Source: Spirochaetia bacterium (lineage in GTDB: Bacteria > Spirochaetota > Spirochaetia > CADAEX01). Taken from it: a stretch of DNA of 64,000 nt. Numbering within the stretch: position 1 is the first letter of the stretch; every line of letters begins with the position of its first letter. Below the pieces are notes generated by a model. That model was not told the DNA's origin. It ran no database searches and saw only the letters and a program-made list of their open reading frames with translations. Position numbers and translations under genes: made by a program. This document shows, piece after piece, positions 21,510 through 32,775 of this stretch. Location of the stretch: the NCBI GenBank assembly GCA_017446885.1, contig JAFSOR010000021.1:2550-66549 (forward strand), read 5' to 3'.

Positions 21510-22734
21510 ATGGCAAGAATGTATGTTATAAAAATAGGCGAGATTTCCCTTAAGGGAGGAAACCGCAGAATCTTCGAGAAGCGTCTGACCAACAACATCC
21601 ACCGTCAGCTGGGGGATATCCATGTTGTCATAAATGGCCGCTCGGGCCGCTTCTACCTGCACTACGACGGCGAAGACCAGGCCGAAATCGACAAGATAGA
21701 ATACACACTTGCCCATGTTTTCGGCATAGTTGCGTTCTCAAAAACAGTAAAGGTCGAGAAGAATATCGAAGATATAAAGAAGGCCTGCGGCGACATTGCC
21801 GACAAGCTTATGGCAGAGGGCAATTACAAGACTTTCAAAATCAAGGCCATGCGGGCCGACAAGAGTTTCCCGCTCTCCTCATACCAGCTTGACTGCGAGC
21901 TGGGCGGTGTGGTGCTGGATAAGTACCCAGACCTTAAGGTGGACCTTAAGAAACCCGATTTCTCCATAACATGCGAGCTACGTGACAAGGCATATCTGTA
22001 CGGCCCCTGACACACGCGGGTTAGGAGGGCTTCCTACAGGGTGCGCAGGTCGGGGTGTGCTCCTCCTTTCAGGGGGTATCGACTCCCCTGTCGCAGGCTA
22101 CATGATGGCAAAACGGGGCCTTGCACTGGAGGCAATCTACTTCCATACCTACCCCTATACCTCAGACAAATCGCTTAATAAAGTAATACACCTGGCAGAG
22201 ATTCTTTCGCAGTATGTGCCAAGCATAAAGCTCCATGTGGTCAACTACACACCGGTGCAGATTCATATTTCCGAAAAGTGCCACAAGAACGAGTCCACGC
22301 TCCTTTCACGCGCCGCCATGATGAAGATATCGCACTATGTGTGCGGAAAGCGCTCCTGCAATTCGCTGGTGACAGGCGAAAGCTTAAGCCAGGTGGCAAG
22401 CCAGACTGCCGAAAGCCTGCGCTTTACCGGCTCAAGCACCGACTACCCTGTATTCCGCCCGCTCATCGGTATGGACAAGGAAGAGATAACTGCCATAGCT
22501 AAAAAGATTGGCACATACGAGACATCCATACTGCCATACGACGACTGCTGCAGCATGTTTGCCCCCGAGTTCCCCCTTACAAAGCCTGTGTTCGATAAGA
22601 TAAAAGAGTCTTACGACTTCCTTAAGATAGATGAGCTTTTGCCCGAGGCTGTCCGCTCAATAGAGACCTACACCATGGCAGACGGAACCACTATAGAGTC
22701 CAAGGAAAAAGTGCTTTCTGATTTTGAGCTTTGA
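21510..22734 (+). pseudogene. thiI: tRNA 4-thiouridine(8) synthase ThiI, interrupted by a +1 frameshift near 22004-22008
   Basis: ORF 21510-22010 encodes the THUMP/N-terminal part (...KAYLYGP*). ORF 21982-22734 in the +1 frame encodes the PP-loop domain (GGLPTGCAGRGVLLLSGGIDSPVAGY...). Together they make one ~408-aa ThiI. The shift coincides with a C4 homopolymer. Confidence 0.75.
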
Positions 22735-24606
22735 TTACTGGAGCTCGAACTCCAATGTCATGCCTGGCTCCACGGGAGTACCAGGCTCTGGCGACTGCCT
22801 TACTACCCAGCCCTCGCCTTTTATTACCAGATTGAACCTGTCGTCTTTGAAAAGTGGCAGAAGATGTTTCTTGGAAGCACCGGTAAAGTCAGGAACAACA
22901 TCAATTACAGCAAAATTCTTTTCCTGAGAAGCGTTGATTGTGCCGTCAAATCCAAGCACTGTGTCGCCTGTGCGGGCCATTCCCTTGTACGAGATTATGT
23001 CGTTGGCCAGCTTGCCTACAGCAGGAACTGCTATTCCGGCACCTGTGGTTATGCCGCCTTTCATAGGGTGGAAAGCTACATTGTAGATAATGTACTGCGG
23101 GTCTTCGGTCGGGAAAATTGCAATGCACGAGGCTGTGAACTTATCATCGGAATACTTTTTTATCTCATCATCATAAACCTGGGCTGTACCAGTTTTCATG
23201 GACATGCGTACACCGCCTACATTATGACGCCGCGCAGTACCGCGGTCCACCGAGGCCCGCTCCATCATAAGAAGCATGGAATCGGCAACCTTGGGTGATA
23301 CAACCTCCATTATAGGCTGTCTTTCGTTCTCGAACACCACATGCCCGGTGGCATCCACGACCTTTTTAATCACATGTGGCATAAGCATGGTTCCGTGGTT
23401 GGAAATGACAGTGACTGCCTTCATTATCTGCATGGCATTGACCTGCACCTCCTGCCCCATGGCAATAGTAGGCTTTGAGCGGTCTGACCATCTGGAGGTA
23501 GGCCTTATGCTGCCCTTTTCTTCTGGAAGCTCGACACCGGATGCCTCGCCAAAGCCGAACTGCTTGATCATGAAATAGAACTCCTCGGGTGTTACAGATT
23601 CAGATGCCATGCAAGTGCCGGGGTTGCACGAATACTTGATTATATCGCCGGTATCGATATCGCCATGATGCCCTGTGCATTTTATAGGATTGCCCGAGAT
23701 ATTTGTGTAAAAGCCGTTGCAGAAGAACCTGGATTCCGGGGTAATTCCGTTAGGGATATGCATGAACGAGCTTATGCTGAACACTTTGAATACAGAGCCT
23801 GGCTCGTAGGTGTATATGACCGGCTTGTTCCGTTTTATAGGGTCGTCTGCACTGTACTTTGTATAATTGTTCAGATCAAGCTCGGGCATGGAGACATAGG
23901 CCAGAATCTCGCCGGTCTTAGCATCGGCCACCAGGGTTATGACACCGTCGATAGGCTCATACTGCTCCATTATATCCATAGAGGCCTGCTGGGCAAAGTT
24001 CTGGATATTGACATCAATGGTCAGATACACCTGATTGCCATAGACAACGCCCGAAATAGCTTCCTGGTTCCCCACCGGGAAAAGATACCTGTCCATCTGG
24101 CGCTCTATGCCGTCAAGACCTTTGTTGTCATCGCCTGCAAAGCCTATAAGATGCGATGCCAGCTCCTTCTCGGGATACAGCCGCCCATAGTCGTTATCCA
24201 CACGGATACCCGATATCTCACCGCTTTTAATAAGGTCCTGTATTTTCTCGGCAGCCTCGAAAGATACCTTGCGGGCCAGCTGGATAAGGTCGCCCCCTTT
24301 CCTGTTGAATTTTTCTTTTATCTCTTCCTCGGGAATCTCGAGAATCTCGGAAAGCTTTTTAGCCACATAATCTGGATTTTTCAAAGTAGGCCGCCACCCG
24401 AACACCCTGAAAAGCCGTGTCTGGATTGCCAGCACCACACCATTGCGGTCCAGAATAGGTCCCCGCTCCACCCGATAGTTCTTGGTGGCGGCAGAATCAT
24501 CCCTAGGACTTAATACCATAAGGTAAAAATAGCGGCATATGATACCACACAGGAAAATGACTGCGAATGCGAAGATGACTATGGCTTTCTTTGTTTTTTC
24601 CATCAA
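22735..24606 (-). CDS. Penicillin-binding protein (class B transpeptidase) with C-terminal PASTA domain
   Basis: 623 aa. N-terminal TM, dimerisation domain, transpeptidase motifs (STFK-like, SxN, KTG: ...MKTGTAQV...). C-terminal PASTA-like segment (GEGWVVRQSPEPGTPV). Confidence 0.85.
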   Translation of the reverse strand: MMEKTKKAIVIFAFAVIFLCGIICRYFYLMVLSPRDDSAATKNYRVERGPILDRNGVVLAIQTRLFRVFGWRPTLKNPDYVAKKLSEILEIPEEEIKEKFNRKGGDLIQLARKVSFEAAEKIQDLIKSGEISGIRVDNDYGRLYPEKELASHLIGFAGDDNKGLDGIERQMDRYLFPVGNQEAISGVVYGNQVYLTIDVNIQNFAQQASMDIMEQYEPIDGVITLVADAKTGEILAYVSMPELDLNNYTKYSADDPIKRNKPVIYTYEPGSVFKVFSISSFMHIPNGITPESRFFCNGFYTNISGNPIKCTGHHGDIDTGDIIKYSCNPGTCMASESVTPEEFYFMIKQFGFGEASGVELPEEKGSIRPTSRWSDRSKPTIAMGQEVQVNAMQIMKAVTVISNHGTMLMPHVIKKVVDATGHVVFENERQPIMEVVSPKVADSMLLMMERASVDRGTARRHNVGGVRMSMKTGTAQVYDDEIKKYSDDKFTASCIAIFPTEDPQYIIYNVAFHPMKGGITTGAGIAVPAVGKLANDIISYKGMARTGDTVLGFDGTINASQEKNFAVIDVVPDFTGASKKHLLPLFKDDRFNLVIKGEGWVVRQSPEPGTPVEPGMTLEFELQ

Positions 24607-24656
24607 ATATATACTAATTTTTATTTCAATTCTTGTCGATAGAATAATTACCCATT

Positions 24657-25121
24657 ATGAACGAAATATTTAACTACAGTCAGCTGATGGCTGAACCACA
24701 GGTAGAAACCTGCAAGCAGAAAAAAGTCCCAGTACAAATCGACATAGCTCCGGTACTTAAGAAATGCGCCGGCATACTTTTAAGCAAATTTGTACTTAAA
24801 GGGGCTGCCTGCCTTGCATGCGCCCTGCTTATCTACCACTTAGGCACCATTGTACCTAAGAGCGAGAAGCCGGCGAACTTTGACCTGCCTGCCGATTCAA
24901 GCCTTGAGGCCATAATGCTGTCGTCGCTGGTTTCGGACGGTTCTGCGCAGAGCCTGGCTGCCGAAAGCAGCTCCATAGTGGCCTATTCTGTCAAAGCAGG
25001 AGATACACTGGACAAAATATCCAGGCAGTATGAGATTACAACCGAACGCCTGGCTGTCTACAACAACATAGAGGATGCAAGAAAGATATTCCCGGGTATG
25101 GTCCTGAGAATTCCCCACTAA
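24657..25121 (+). CDS. LysM domain-containing membrane protein
   Basis: 154 aa. TM segment plus C-terminal LysM (YSVKAGDTLDKISRQYEITTERLAVYNNI...PGMVLRIP). Confidence 0.6.
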   Translation: MNEIFNYSQLMAEPQVETCKQKKVPVQIDIAPVLKKCAGILLSKFVLKGAACLACALLIYHLGTIVPKSEKPANFDLPADSSLEAIMLSSLVSDGSAQSLAAESSSIVAYSVKAGDTLDKISRQYEITTERLAVYNNIEDARKIFPGMVLRIPH

Positions 25122-27082
25122 GATATCTGAATTTTCCCCTTGGTCAAATTGACCCGGGCACAGCCTCCGTTCTTAAGCTCTCCATTTATCAGCCTAAGGG
25201 CAATCTCGTCCTCAAGCTCTTTCTGGATAAGACGCCGCATTGGGCGGGCTCCGAACTTGGCATCAAAGCCTTTGTCGATAAAATATTTCTTTGCCTTGGC
25301 CGATATAGAGAGTGTTATCCCCTTCTCCTTAAGCCTGTCTGAAAGCTCGCTTATCATAAGTTCAAAGATAGCCTCTATCTCTTTGGGTTTAAGGAGGTCG
25401 AACACAACAACCTCGTCAATCCTGTTAAGGAATTCAGGCCTGAAACTCCGCTTTAGCTCGTTCAGTGCGGCAGACTTTATGGTGCTGCGGCTCTGCGATT
25501 CTTCTTCCCGGCGGAACCCCACCATGGAATCGGATGCAAACTCACGGGTGCCTGCATTGCTGGTCATTATGATAACTGCATTGCGGAACGACACCCTATG
25601 CCCCATGCTGTCCTGAATCTCGCCCTCCTCCAGCATCTGCAGAAGCAGGTTGAACACGTCGGGGTGGGCTTTTTCTATCTCGTCGAACAGGATTACACAG
25701 TAGGGCTTCCGGCGTACTTTCTCGGTAAGCCAGCCACCCTCGCCGTAGCCCACATAGCCCGGCGGCGACCCCACAAGGCGCGATGTAGTGTGTTTTTCCA
25801 TGTAGTCTGACATATCCACCCTTATAAGGGAATCCTCGCTGCCGAAAAGGTACTGGGCAAGCTGTTTTGCAAGGTATGTTTTTCCTACCCCGGTAGGGCC
25901 CAGGAAGATGAACGAGCCCAGCGGCCGCCGGGGCGATGCTATCCCGGCCCTTGAGCGGCGTATTGCGGCCGATACCGCCTTTATAGCGTCGTCCTGCGCG
26001 ATAACATGCTGGTGGAGGTGCTCCTCCATCTTCAAAAGTTTCTCGGTCTCGTTCCTGGAGATTCCAGAAACCGGTATGCCTGTCATGCTGGACAGGGTGC
26101 GGCAGATATCCTCCACATCTATGATATTGCGGCTTAGCTTAAGCGAAGCCCTCCACTCCTGCCCCATCATATCAAGGGTGTACTTAAGCTTGTTTATCTC
26201 GTCCCGCACCCTGGCTGCGTTCTCGTAGGCCTGCACCTGGACAAAATGCTTTTTCTCCTCGGTCAGGCGCTCTATCTTGTCCTCCAGGTTCAGGAGCTCG
26301 GCAGGTTTTTCAACAAATGCTATGCGGCAGTGTGCGCCAGACTCGTCCAAAAGGTCTATAGCCTTGTCCGGCTGCGTGCGGCTGGTTATGTAGCGCGACG
26401 AAAGATCCACTGCAGCCTCAAGTGCCTCGTCGCTGAAGCTTACATTGTGGAAGTTCTCGTAATTGGTCCTAAGCCCCTTAAGTATATCCAGGGTCTGGTC
26501 TCTGTCCGGTTCCTCCACCAGCACAGTCTGGAACCGCCGCTCAAGTGCTGCATCCTTTTCTATGTGCTTGCGGTATTCGTCCATTGTGGTGGCACCTATG
26601 CACTGGAAAGAGCCACGGGCCAGCGCCGGCTTAAGTATGTTGGCTGCATCCACAGCCCCCTCGGAACCGCCTGCCCCTACAATAGTGTGTATCTCGTCTA
26701 TGAACAGGATAACATTCTTTACCGACTCAACCTCTTTGATCAGGTTCTTAAGCCGTTCCTCGAATTCGCCGCGGAACTTGGTCCCTGCAACCAGGGAACC
26801 CATATCTATGCTCATAAGCTTTTTATCTGAAAAAACCTCGGGGGCAGTCCCCTGGGCAATCCTTTGGGCAAAGCCTTCTACAATGGCAGTCTTGCCCACT
26901 CCAGGCTCCCCTATAAGCACCGGGTTGTTCTTGCGGCGGCGGGCCAGTATATGCATAAGGCGGTTTATCTCTATGTCACGGCCCACTATTGGGTCCAGCT
27001 GCCCCGAAGATGCCATAAGCACCAGGTCTCTGGCAAAGCTGTCCAGCATAGGGGTTTTGCTCTTTACTGCTTCTTTAATCAA
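25118..27082 (-). CDS. clpC: ClpC-like AAA+ ATPase with D1 and D2 modules but no N-terminal Clp-repeat domain
   Basis: 654 aa. Begins ~14 aa before the D1 LDxFxRDL motif. D1 Walker [11 protein letters not shown]2 Walker A GPTGVGKT, short coiled-coil M-region. Start overlaps the mcsB stop. Confidence 0.85.
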   Translation of the reverse strand: MIKEAVKSKTPMLDSFARDLVLMASSGQLDPIVGRDIEINRLMHILARRRKNNPVLIGEPGVGKTAIVEGFAQRIAQGTAPEVFSDKKLMSIDMGSLVAGTKFRGEFEERLKNLIKEVESVKNVILFIDEIHTIVGAGGSEGAVDAANILKPALARGSFQCIGATTMDEYRKHIEKDAALERRFQTVLVEEPDRDQTLDILKGLRTNYENFHNVSFSDEALEAAVDLSSRYITSRTQPDKAIDLLDESGAHCRIAFVEKPAELLNLEDKIERLTEEKKHFVQVQAYENAARVRDEINKLKYTLDMMGQEWRASLKLSRNIIDVEDICRTLSSMTGIPVSGISRNETEKLLKMEEHLHQHVIAQDDAIKAVSAAIRRSRAGIASPRRPLGSFIFLGPTGVGKTYLAKQLAQYLFGSEDSLIRVDMSDYMEKHTTSRLVGSPPGYVGYGEGGWLTEKVRRKPYCVILFDEIEKAHPDVFNLLLQMLEEGEIQDSMGHRVSFRNAVIIMTSNAGTREFASDSMVGFRREEESQSRSTIKSAALNELKRSFRPEFLNRIDEVVVFDLLKPKEIEAIFELMISELSDRLKEKGITLSISAKAKKYFIDKGFDAKFGARPMRRLIQKELEDEIALRLINGELKNGGCARVNLTKGKIQIS

Positions 27083-28091
27083 TCGAAGCCTCCTTTATAC
27101 CCAGCTTCTTGCGCAGGGCAGATGCACGCAATATATCCACATCAATATCATCTTTATCAAAGGGTCCCACCATGGCATCGGCAAGCACATGATACTTCTG
27201 CATATCGATGAAAAAAGAATCAAGGTCTGTGCTTATACCCTTAAGAACACCTGTGACCACACCCAGCTTGATATCGGCAATAAGCTCAAGGGCATCCCAG
27301 ATAGTTAGTTTTCTGCAGTACTGGATGACACCGTATGAGCGCATGACACGGTCCTCGATATCAAGGCGGCGAACTTCCATGATATGGCTTCGCGCCTCAC
27401 GCTCCATATCCACGACATGGGTATAGATATCGTTCATGCGGATAAGCACATCCATGGCATTGGTACCGCTTGCCATCTGGTTCTCGATAAGGAATATGCA
27501 GCCCTTGGGAGTTGAGTCCAGGGTGTCTACATACCCTTTGACCTGCACACCGGATGAGTCTGCTGTCTTGAAAAACTGCTCAAGTTTTCCGTCCAGGGCC
27601 AGCCCAGGCAGGAACATAGTAGCATACACGTGTATTCCAGTACCGCAGTCGTCCACTGCCGATGTTAGATAACCGTATTTAGGATGATTCTGGAACTCAA
27701 ACACAGTGCGTAGTCTTTTTTCCACATCGGAACAGCTGTTGTAGGCCGAAAAAATATCAAGACCGGGGACAAAGCATTTTATGCGTATGTGGTCATCTTC
27801 GTTAAAGATGACAAAAGGCTTTACACCGGGGGCAGTGGCCACATATTTACCAGAGCTTACTATCGACTCGGGATTGATTATATTCTTCTCCACCATAAGC
27901 TGGCGCTTTGCAAAAGAAAGCTCATCCAGGGCCCTGAATATGAAATCTGGAAGCTTGTCCATAGCCTCGCCCTGCTGAAGATTAAGGGCACCTACCTCGG
28001 TTCCTGTAAGGCGGGAAAAGTATTTCCAGTCCTTTATGTTACGGGCCAGCCGCACATAAGAGTGGAGAACCACATCGGTACACAGATCCAT
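27075..28091 (-). CDS. mcsB: Protein-arginine kinase McsB (ATP:guanido phosphotransferase)
   Basis: 338 aa. Phosphagen-kinase signature [10 protein letters not shown] (the NEEDH[LI]R class) and overall McsB-like layout. Gene order mcsA-mcsB-clpC. Confidence 0.8.
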   Translation of the reverse strand: MDLCTDVVLHSYVRLARNIKDWKYFSRLTGTEVGALNLQQGEAMDKLPDFIFRALDELSFAKRQLMVEKNIINPESIVSSGKYVATAPGVKPFVIFNEDDHIRIKCFVPGLDIFSAYNSCSDVEKRLRTVFEFQNHPKYGYLTSAVDDCGTGIHVYATMFLPGLALDGKLEQFFKTADSSGVQVKGYVDTLDSTPKGCIFLIENQMASGTNAMDVLIRMNDIYTHVVDMEREARSHIMEVRRLDIEDRVMRSYGVIQYCRKLTIWDALELIADIKLGVVTGVLKGISTDLDSFFIDMQKYHVLADAMVGPFDKDDIDVDILRASALRKKLGIKEASID

Positions 28092-28092
28092 G

Positions 28093-28584
28093 TTATTCCA
28101 CCAGCGCCTTTATTTTGTCGCGGATTACGGCAGCCGACTCGTAATCTTCGATAGATACTGCCTGCTCAAGCTTTTTCTCCAGGGCTTTCTTATATTCTGC
28201 CTGCGAGATTACCTCGCGCACAGGACCCCTTGCCCTGCCCCCTTTCTGCCGGTTTGCAGAAGGACTGCGGAAATAGCCTGAAAGGTATTCATCAAAATAG
28301 TCGTAGCACTGGCTGCATCCTACAGTCCCGTGCTTCTTGACTTCGGCCAATGTGGTGTTGCAGTTGTGGCATACCACGTTCATATCGTTGGGGTTCAGCC
28401 CTTTCTTAAAGCTCTTGAGTTTTTCTAAAAGAGCAGGAATATGGATAGAGTTCTCCTGTCCTATCTGGAACCCGTTCTTGACTGCACAGCTTTCGCACAG
28501 GTTCAGGGACATATCGTTCTTTCCATCCATAATCTGCCGTATATGCATAATGGCATTGTCGTTGCCGCAGATATCACAGATCAA
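28093..28584 (-). CDS. mcsA: McsA-like activator (zinc-finger + UVR motif protein)
   Basis: 163 aa. Two CxxC...CxxC pairs (CDICG...CESC, CHNCN...CSQC) and a C-terminal UVR-type motif (AAVIRDKIKAL). Confidence 0.7.
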   Translation of the reverse strand: MICDICGNDNAIMHIRQIMDGKNDMSLNLCESCAVKNGFQIGQENSIHIPALLEKLKSFKKGLNPNDMNVVCHNCNTTLAEVKKHGTVGCSQCYDYFDEYLSGYFRSPSANRQKGGRARGPVREVISQAEYKKALEKKLEQAVSIEDYESAAVIRDKIKALVE

Positions 28585-29651
28585 AACGCACCTCGCATTG
28601 TAAAATTCCGGTCGGTAAGGGTAAAAGAATCCTTAAGCCCGGAAGAAATATAAACTTCCTTATCCTTGGTTATGAATACAGCCTCTACTCCGCTTGTCCT
28701 CTCCACCAGTGCCATACCTTTCTCAAGCCCCAGGGCAAAAACTGCGGTGGAAAGGGCATCTCCGACCGCCGATTCCCCGGACAGGATAGATACACCAGCC
28801 AGGCTGTTATCCACAGGATAGCCGGTCCTTACATCAAAAATATGATGATACCGCTTTCCATCCTGTTCAAAAAACCGCTCGTAGATGCCCGATGTAACCA
28901 TAGAGCCATTTTCCATGGTCACCACCCCTATGGCAGAGCCCCGGCCGCCAAAGGGATCCTGAAGCCCTATGCGGAAACTGCTGCCATCGGGTTTTTTACC
29001 AAATGCCAGTATGTTGCCGCCCAGGTCTATTATGCCCCCCTTGGAGTCGCTTGAAATCAGAAAATCGCACACCTGGTCGGCAATATACCCTTTGGCTATG
29101 CCACCCAAGTCCACCGCAAGCTCCTTTTGGGGCAGGAAAGCAGTGCTATTTTCTGCATCCAGCACCAGGGCGCGGTAATCCACCAAGGCCACCGCATGCT
29201 TAAGATGTTCGGCATCGGGCACGGCAGCATGGTCTGTACCTATGCCCCACAGCTCCACAACAGGGTCTATGGTAACATCAAACATCCCTTCTGATAAAAT
29301 ACTAAATTTCTGGGCCATAGTCAAAAGTTCGAAAACAGCTTTGGACACAGCCACAGGAGAAACACCTGCGCTGCGGTTAAGGGCAGAGATTTCGCTTGTG
29401 GGGATATTTTTGCTTATTTTGTTTTCCAGTTCGGAAATAAGGGAAAAAGAGGCCGGCAGCAGAGCCTTTTCTTTGTTATCAAACAGGGATACAGAGCATA
29501 CTGTCCCTAATGCCAGCTCTGTCTGCCGGACAGGTTTGGGTTTTCCGGTGCAGCCGCACACTAGCACAGCTGCAAAAAGTATTAAAACTGCACTTTTAAA
29601 AAACCGTAGTTTAGAACTCATCTCCAGAAATTGTAACCAATGCATTCTCAC
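28581..29651 (-). CDS. apbE: FAD:protein FMN transferase (ApbE family) lipoprotein
   Basis: 356 aa. Signal peptide with lipobox-like VLVCGC. ApbE motifs incl. DLGGIAKGY and conserved C-terminal region. Confidence 0.8.
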   Translation of the reverse strand: MRMHWLQFLEMSSKLRFFKSAVLILFAAVLVCGCTGKPKPVRQTELALGTVCSVSLFDNKEKALLPASFSLISELENKISKNIPTSEISALNRSAGVSPVAVSKAVFELLTMAQKFSILSEGMFDVTIDPVVELWGIGTDHAAVPDAEHLKHAVALVDYRALVLDAENSTAFLPQKELAVDLGGIAKGYIADQVCDFLISSDSKGGIIDLGGNILAFGKKPDGSSFRIGLQDPFGGRGSAIGVVTMENGSMVTSGIYERFFEQDGKRYHHIFDVRTGYPVDNSLAGVSILSGESAVGDALSTAVFALGLEKGMALVERTSGVEAVFITKDKEVYISSGLKDSFTLTDRNFTMRGAF

Positions 29652-30033
29652 GGGCTATCTTAAGGCCCTGCTCCACATTGGCAACCTTGAAGATGACAAT
29701 GGATTTGCCATCTTTCTGCTCCAGAGTGACATACAGGTATTCGATGTTTACACCGTTATCCTTGAACAGCTTCATGATTTTATACAGTCCGCCCGGCTCG
29801 TCTGCAACCTCTATGCCCAGAACTCTGGTGACCCGGGTGGTGAACTCGTTTGCCTCCAGCACCTCACGTGCCTTCTCATAGTTATTGGCAATAATCCTAA
29901 GTATTCCAAAGTCGGCGGTGTCGGCAATAGTCATGGCCCGCAGATTTATTCCAGCCTCGGCAAGCACCTTGGTCACCTCGGCAATACGACCCGATTTGTT
30001 CTCAAGAAAAACTGAAATCTGATTTATTGTCAT
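29611..30033 (-). CDS. ACT domain-containing protein (tandem ACT)
   Basis: 140 aa. Two ACT-like repeats (ISVFLENKSGRIAEVTKVLAEAGINL...). Commonly paired with PaaK-like ligases. Confidence 0.6.
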   Translation of the reverse strand: MTINQISVFLENKSGRIAEVTKVLAEAGINLRAMTIADTADFGILRIIANNYEKAREVLEANEFTTRVTRVLGIEVADEPGGLYKIMKLFKDNGVNIEYLYVTLEQKDGKSIVIFKVANVEQGLKIARENALVTISGDEF

Positions 30034-30044
30034 ACCACTCCTCC

Positions 30045-31346
30045 TTAAATTACTCTATTGTCGATAACTCTCTTGGCCTTGCCCTCTGATCTTTGAATCG
30101 ACATAGGCTCTACCAATCTTATCTTAGCATAAATTCCAAGTTTTGACTTTACTGAATTGTAAATTTTATTCTTAAGCGATTCCAGGTCCTTGGTCTCGTC
30201 TGAGAATGTGCTCTCGTCCATCTCCACCTTGATCTCCATCTCGTCCAGATGATTCTCGCCACGGGTAAGGATAATCTGGTAGTTGGGGGTAAGTCCCTTG
30301 ATCTGTATAAGAAGCTGCTCCACCTGTGATGGGAATACATTTACACCCTTGATGATAAGCATATCGTCCACACGGCCGAACAGTCTGTGCATCTTAATGG
30401 TGGTTCTGCCGCAGGCACATTCCTCGCGGTACAGGTAGGTTATATCACGTGTCCTGTAGCGGATAAGAGGAGTTCCTTCCTTTCTGAGTGTGGTAATAAC
30501 CAGCTCGCCTTTCTCGCCGTATGGGAGCACCTCGCCAGTCGCAGGGTTGATGATTTCGGGATAGAACAGGTCCTCGTTGACATGCAGACCGCTCTGAACC
30601 TCGCACTCGCTGGAAACACCAGGGCCTGTAATCTCGGTAAGTCCGTAGATGTCATAAGCCTTTATACCAAGCTTTTTCTCTATCTCTTTGCGCATGTTGT
30701 CGCTCCAAGGCTCTGCCCCCAGACAGCCTATGCGCATCTTTAACTGCTCGCGTGGAATGCCCATCTTGGCAAGCACCTCGGAAATATAGAGTGCGTAGGA
30801 TGGGGTACAGGTCATTACTGTGGAGCCGAAGTCCCGCATAAAGTTGATCTGCCGCTCGGTGTTGCCCGAAGAGATAGGAAGCACTGTCATACCTATCTTG
30901 TGTCCGCCGTAGTGGGCACCAAGACCGCCTGTGAACAGACCGTATCCATAGCCGTTCTGCAGTACATCCTCAGGGCCTGCACCTGCCATGGAAAGGGTTC
31001 TTGCCATGCCCTCGCCCCACATGTCGATATCTTTTCTGGTGTAGGCATCCACTACCGGAATACCTGTGGTGCCCGACGATGTGTGGATTTCCACAATATC
31101 CTTAAGAGGCACTGCCAAAAGGCCATATGGGTAGATGTCCCGCAGGTCTGTCTTGGTAGTAAAAGGCAGATACTTTATATCTTCCAGGGACTTTACATCC
31201 TCGGGCTTAACTTTCAGCTCATCAAAGCGCTGCTTATAAAATGGTACTTTCTCGTATACTGTTTTTGCCAATTTCTGAAGATCAGCAAGCTGCTGTTTCT
31301 CCCTTACTTCCTGTTTCGCCTGTTCGGCTTCTGGATTCCAAATCAT
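30045..31346 (-). CDS. Phenylacetate-CoA ligase family (PaaK-like) adenylate-forming enzyme
   Basis: 433 aa. PaaK/F390-synthetase family pattern (TSGTTG...P-loop-like, YGLTE, conserved C-terminal domain). Confidence 0.8.
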   Translation of the reverse strand: MIWNPEAEQAKQEVREKQQLADLQKLAKTVYEKVPFYKQRFDELKVKPEDVKSLEDIKYLPFTTKTDLRDIYPYGLLAVPLKDIVEIHTSSGTTGIPVVDAYTRKDIDMWGEGMARTLSMAGAGPEDVLQNGYGYGLFTGGLGAHYGGHKIGMTVLPISSGNTERQINFMRDFGSTVMTCTPSYALYISEVLAKMGIPREQLKMRIGCLGAEPWSDNMRKEIEKKLGIKAYDIYGLTEITGPGVSSECEVQSGLHVNEDLFYPEIINPATGEVLPYGEKGELVITTLRKEGTPLIRYRTRDITYLYREECACGRTTIKMHRLFGRVDDMLIIKGVNVFPSQVEQLLIQIKGLTPNYQIILTRGENHLDEMEIKVEMDESTFSDETKDLESLKNKIYNSVKSKLGIYAKIRLVEPMSIQRSEGKAKRVIDNRVI

Positions 31347-31452
31347 ATTGAACCTCCTGATTCTTAGAAAACCCTACTTTCTTAAACTGAAAAAAAAAAG
31401 ATATATAACAAAAAATTATTGAAAAATTCCGCCGGAATGTTATAGTTAGTTT

Positions 31453-32229
31453 ATGGCTGTACTGAGCAAACGGAATATCGTAATCACCAGTTTCAATATT
31501 TTCTCGGCTGTATTCATCCTGTTCTTCATAGGGCTTTTGGCCTATCTTTCCAAAGACCTGCCACAGACTTTCAGCGAGATGCTTATAAACCCAAACGTCC
31601 TTATACCATGCATAACTGTTTTGTTCTCGGTGTTCTCTGTATTCTTTATACGCAAGTTCTTTCTGCAGAACACACGGGCCGAGATATTCTTCTTTCTTAT
31701 ATTCCTGCTTACCCTTAACTTTGACGGAATCAGACCTATAATCTATATACTTGAGCAGCTGGACAAGCCCGAATCCTATGTGCTTATCCTTACCCGCATT
31801 GCATACTTTGGCAAAATTCTTGGTGTGTTTGTCCTGTTGTGCTTTGCCCTTATGACCATAAACACCGACTATAAGCCTTTTACTACATTGCTTTCTGCCG
31901 TGCTGCTTCTGGCCCTGTTTGTGGCTGTGCTACTGCCTTTTAACCCCACCAAAGGAAGCAACGCCCTGTTTATCCCCGGCCTGGATTATTTCTACACTGC
32001 CCTTACCATAATCAAAATTCTTACAGTCCTGACTCTGGTATTCAACTATGTCCAGAACCGGAACTGGGAATACCTTAACCTTGCTGTAAGCATGATATTC
32101 ATCCTTACCGGAAGCCACACACTTTTCTATACTGCATCTCCTTTCGGCGCAGTATTAGGCATGGCGCTCCTGACCACCGGCACCGTGTTCATATCGTACC
32201 GCATCCACAAGCTCTACCTGTGGAACTGA
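31453..32229 (+). CDS. Multi-pass membrane protein, function unknown
   Basis: 258 aa with ~7 hydrophobic segments. No recognisable motif. Confidence 0.45.
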   Translation: MAVLSKRNIVITSFNIFSAVFILFFIGLLAYLSKDLPQTFSEMLINPNVLIPCITVLFSVFSVFFIRKFFLQNTRAEIFFFLIFLLTLNFDGIRPIIYILEQLDKPESYVLILTRIAYFGKILGVFVLLCFALMTINTDYKPFTTLLSAVLLLALFVAVLLPFNPTKGSNALFIPGLDYFYTALTIIKILTVLTLVFNYVQNRNWEYLNLAVSMIFILTGSHTLFYTASPFGAVLGMALLTTGTVFISYRIHKLYLWN

Positions 32230-32268
32230 CGTCTTGTTAAATAATTCTATTTCTTATATTATATTCTT

Positions 32269-32775
32269 TTGGAGATAACTATGAGTCTGGATGTTGTAAC
32301 AATAGGAAACGAAGTCCTGCGCGAGAAAGCCAAACCTGTGGAGACCTTTGACCAGGACCTGGAGGATACTGTCCGCCAGATGTTTGTCATTATGAGGGAA
32401 AAGAAAGGAGTAGGCCTTGCCGCTCCTCAGATAGGCATATCCAGACGCTTTTTTGTAACCGAGGCAGCGGACGACAAGCCCAGAGTTTTCGTTAATCCAG
32501 AAATCATAGAGACATCGCAGGAAACTGTAAAAGGCGAGGAAGGCTGCCTTAGCCTGCCTGGGGTATGGGCCAATGTGGTGCGCCCCTATTCTGTCAAAGT
32601 ACAGGCACAGGATACTACAGGCAAGATTTTCCACCTTAATGCCGAAGGCTGGCTTGCCCGCATTATACTGCACGAGAACGACCATCTGAACGGCCTTCTG
32701 TTTGTGGACAGGCTGCCGCAGAATATCAAGAACAAAGTAATAAGCAAATACGAGAAGCTGAGCCATAAGAAATGA
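32269..32775 (+). CDS. def: Peptide deformylase
   Basis: 168 aa with the three PDF motifs GVGLAAPQIG, EGCLS, HENDHLNG. Confidence 0.9.
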   Translation: MEITMSLDVVTIGNEVLREKAKPVETFDQDLEDTVRQMFVIMREKKGVGLAAPQIGISRRFFVTEAADDKPRVFVNPEIIETSQETVKGEEGCLSLPGVWANVVRPYSVKVQAQDTTGKIFHLNAEGWLARIILHENDHLNGLLFVDRLPQNIKNKVISKYEKLSHKK

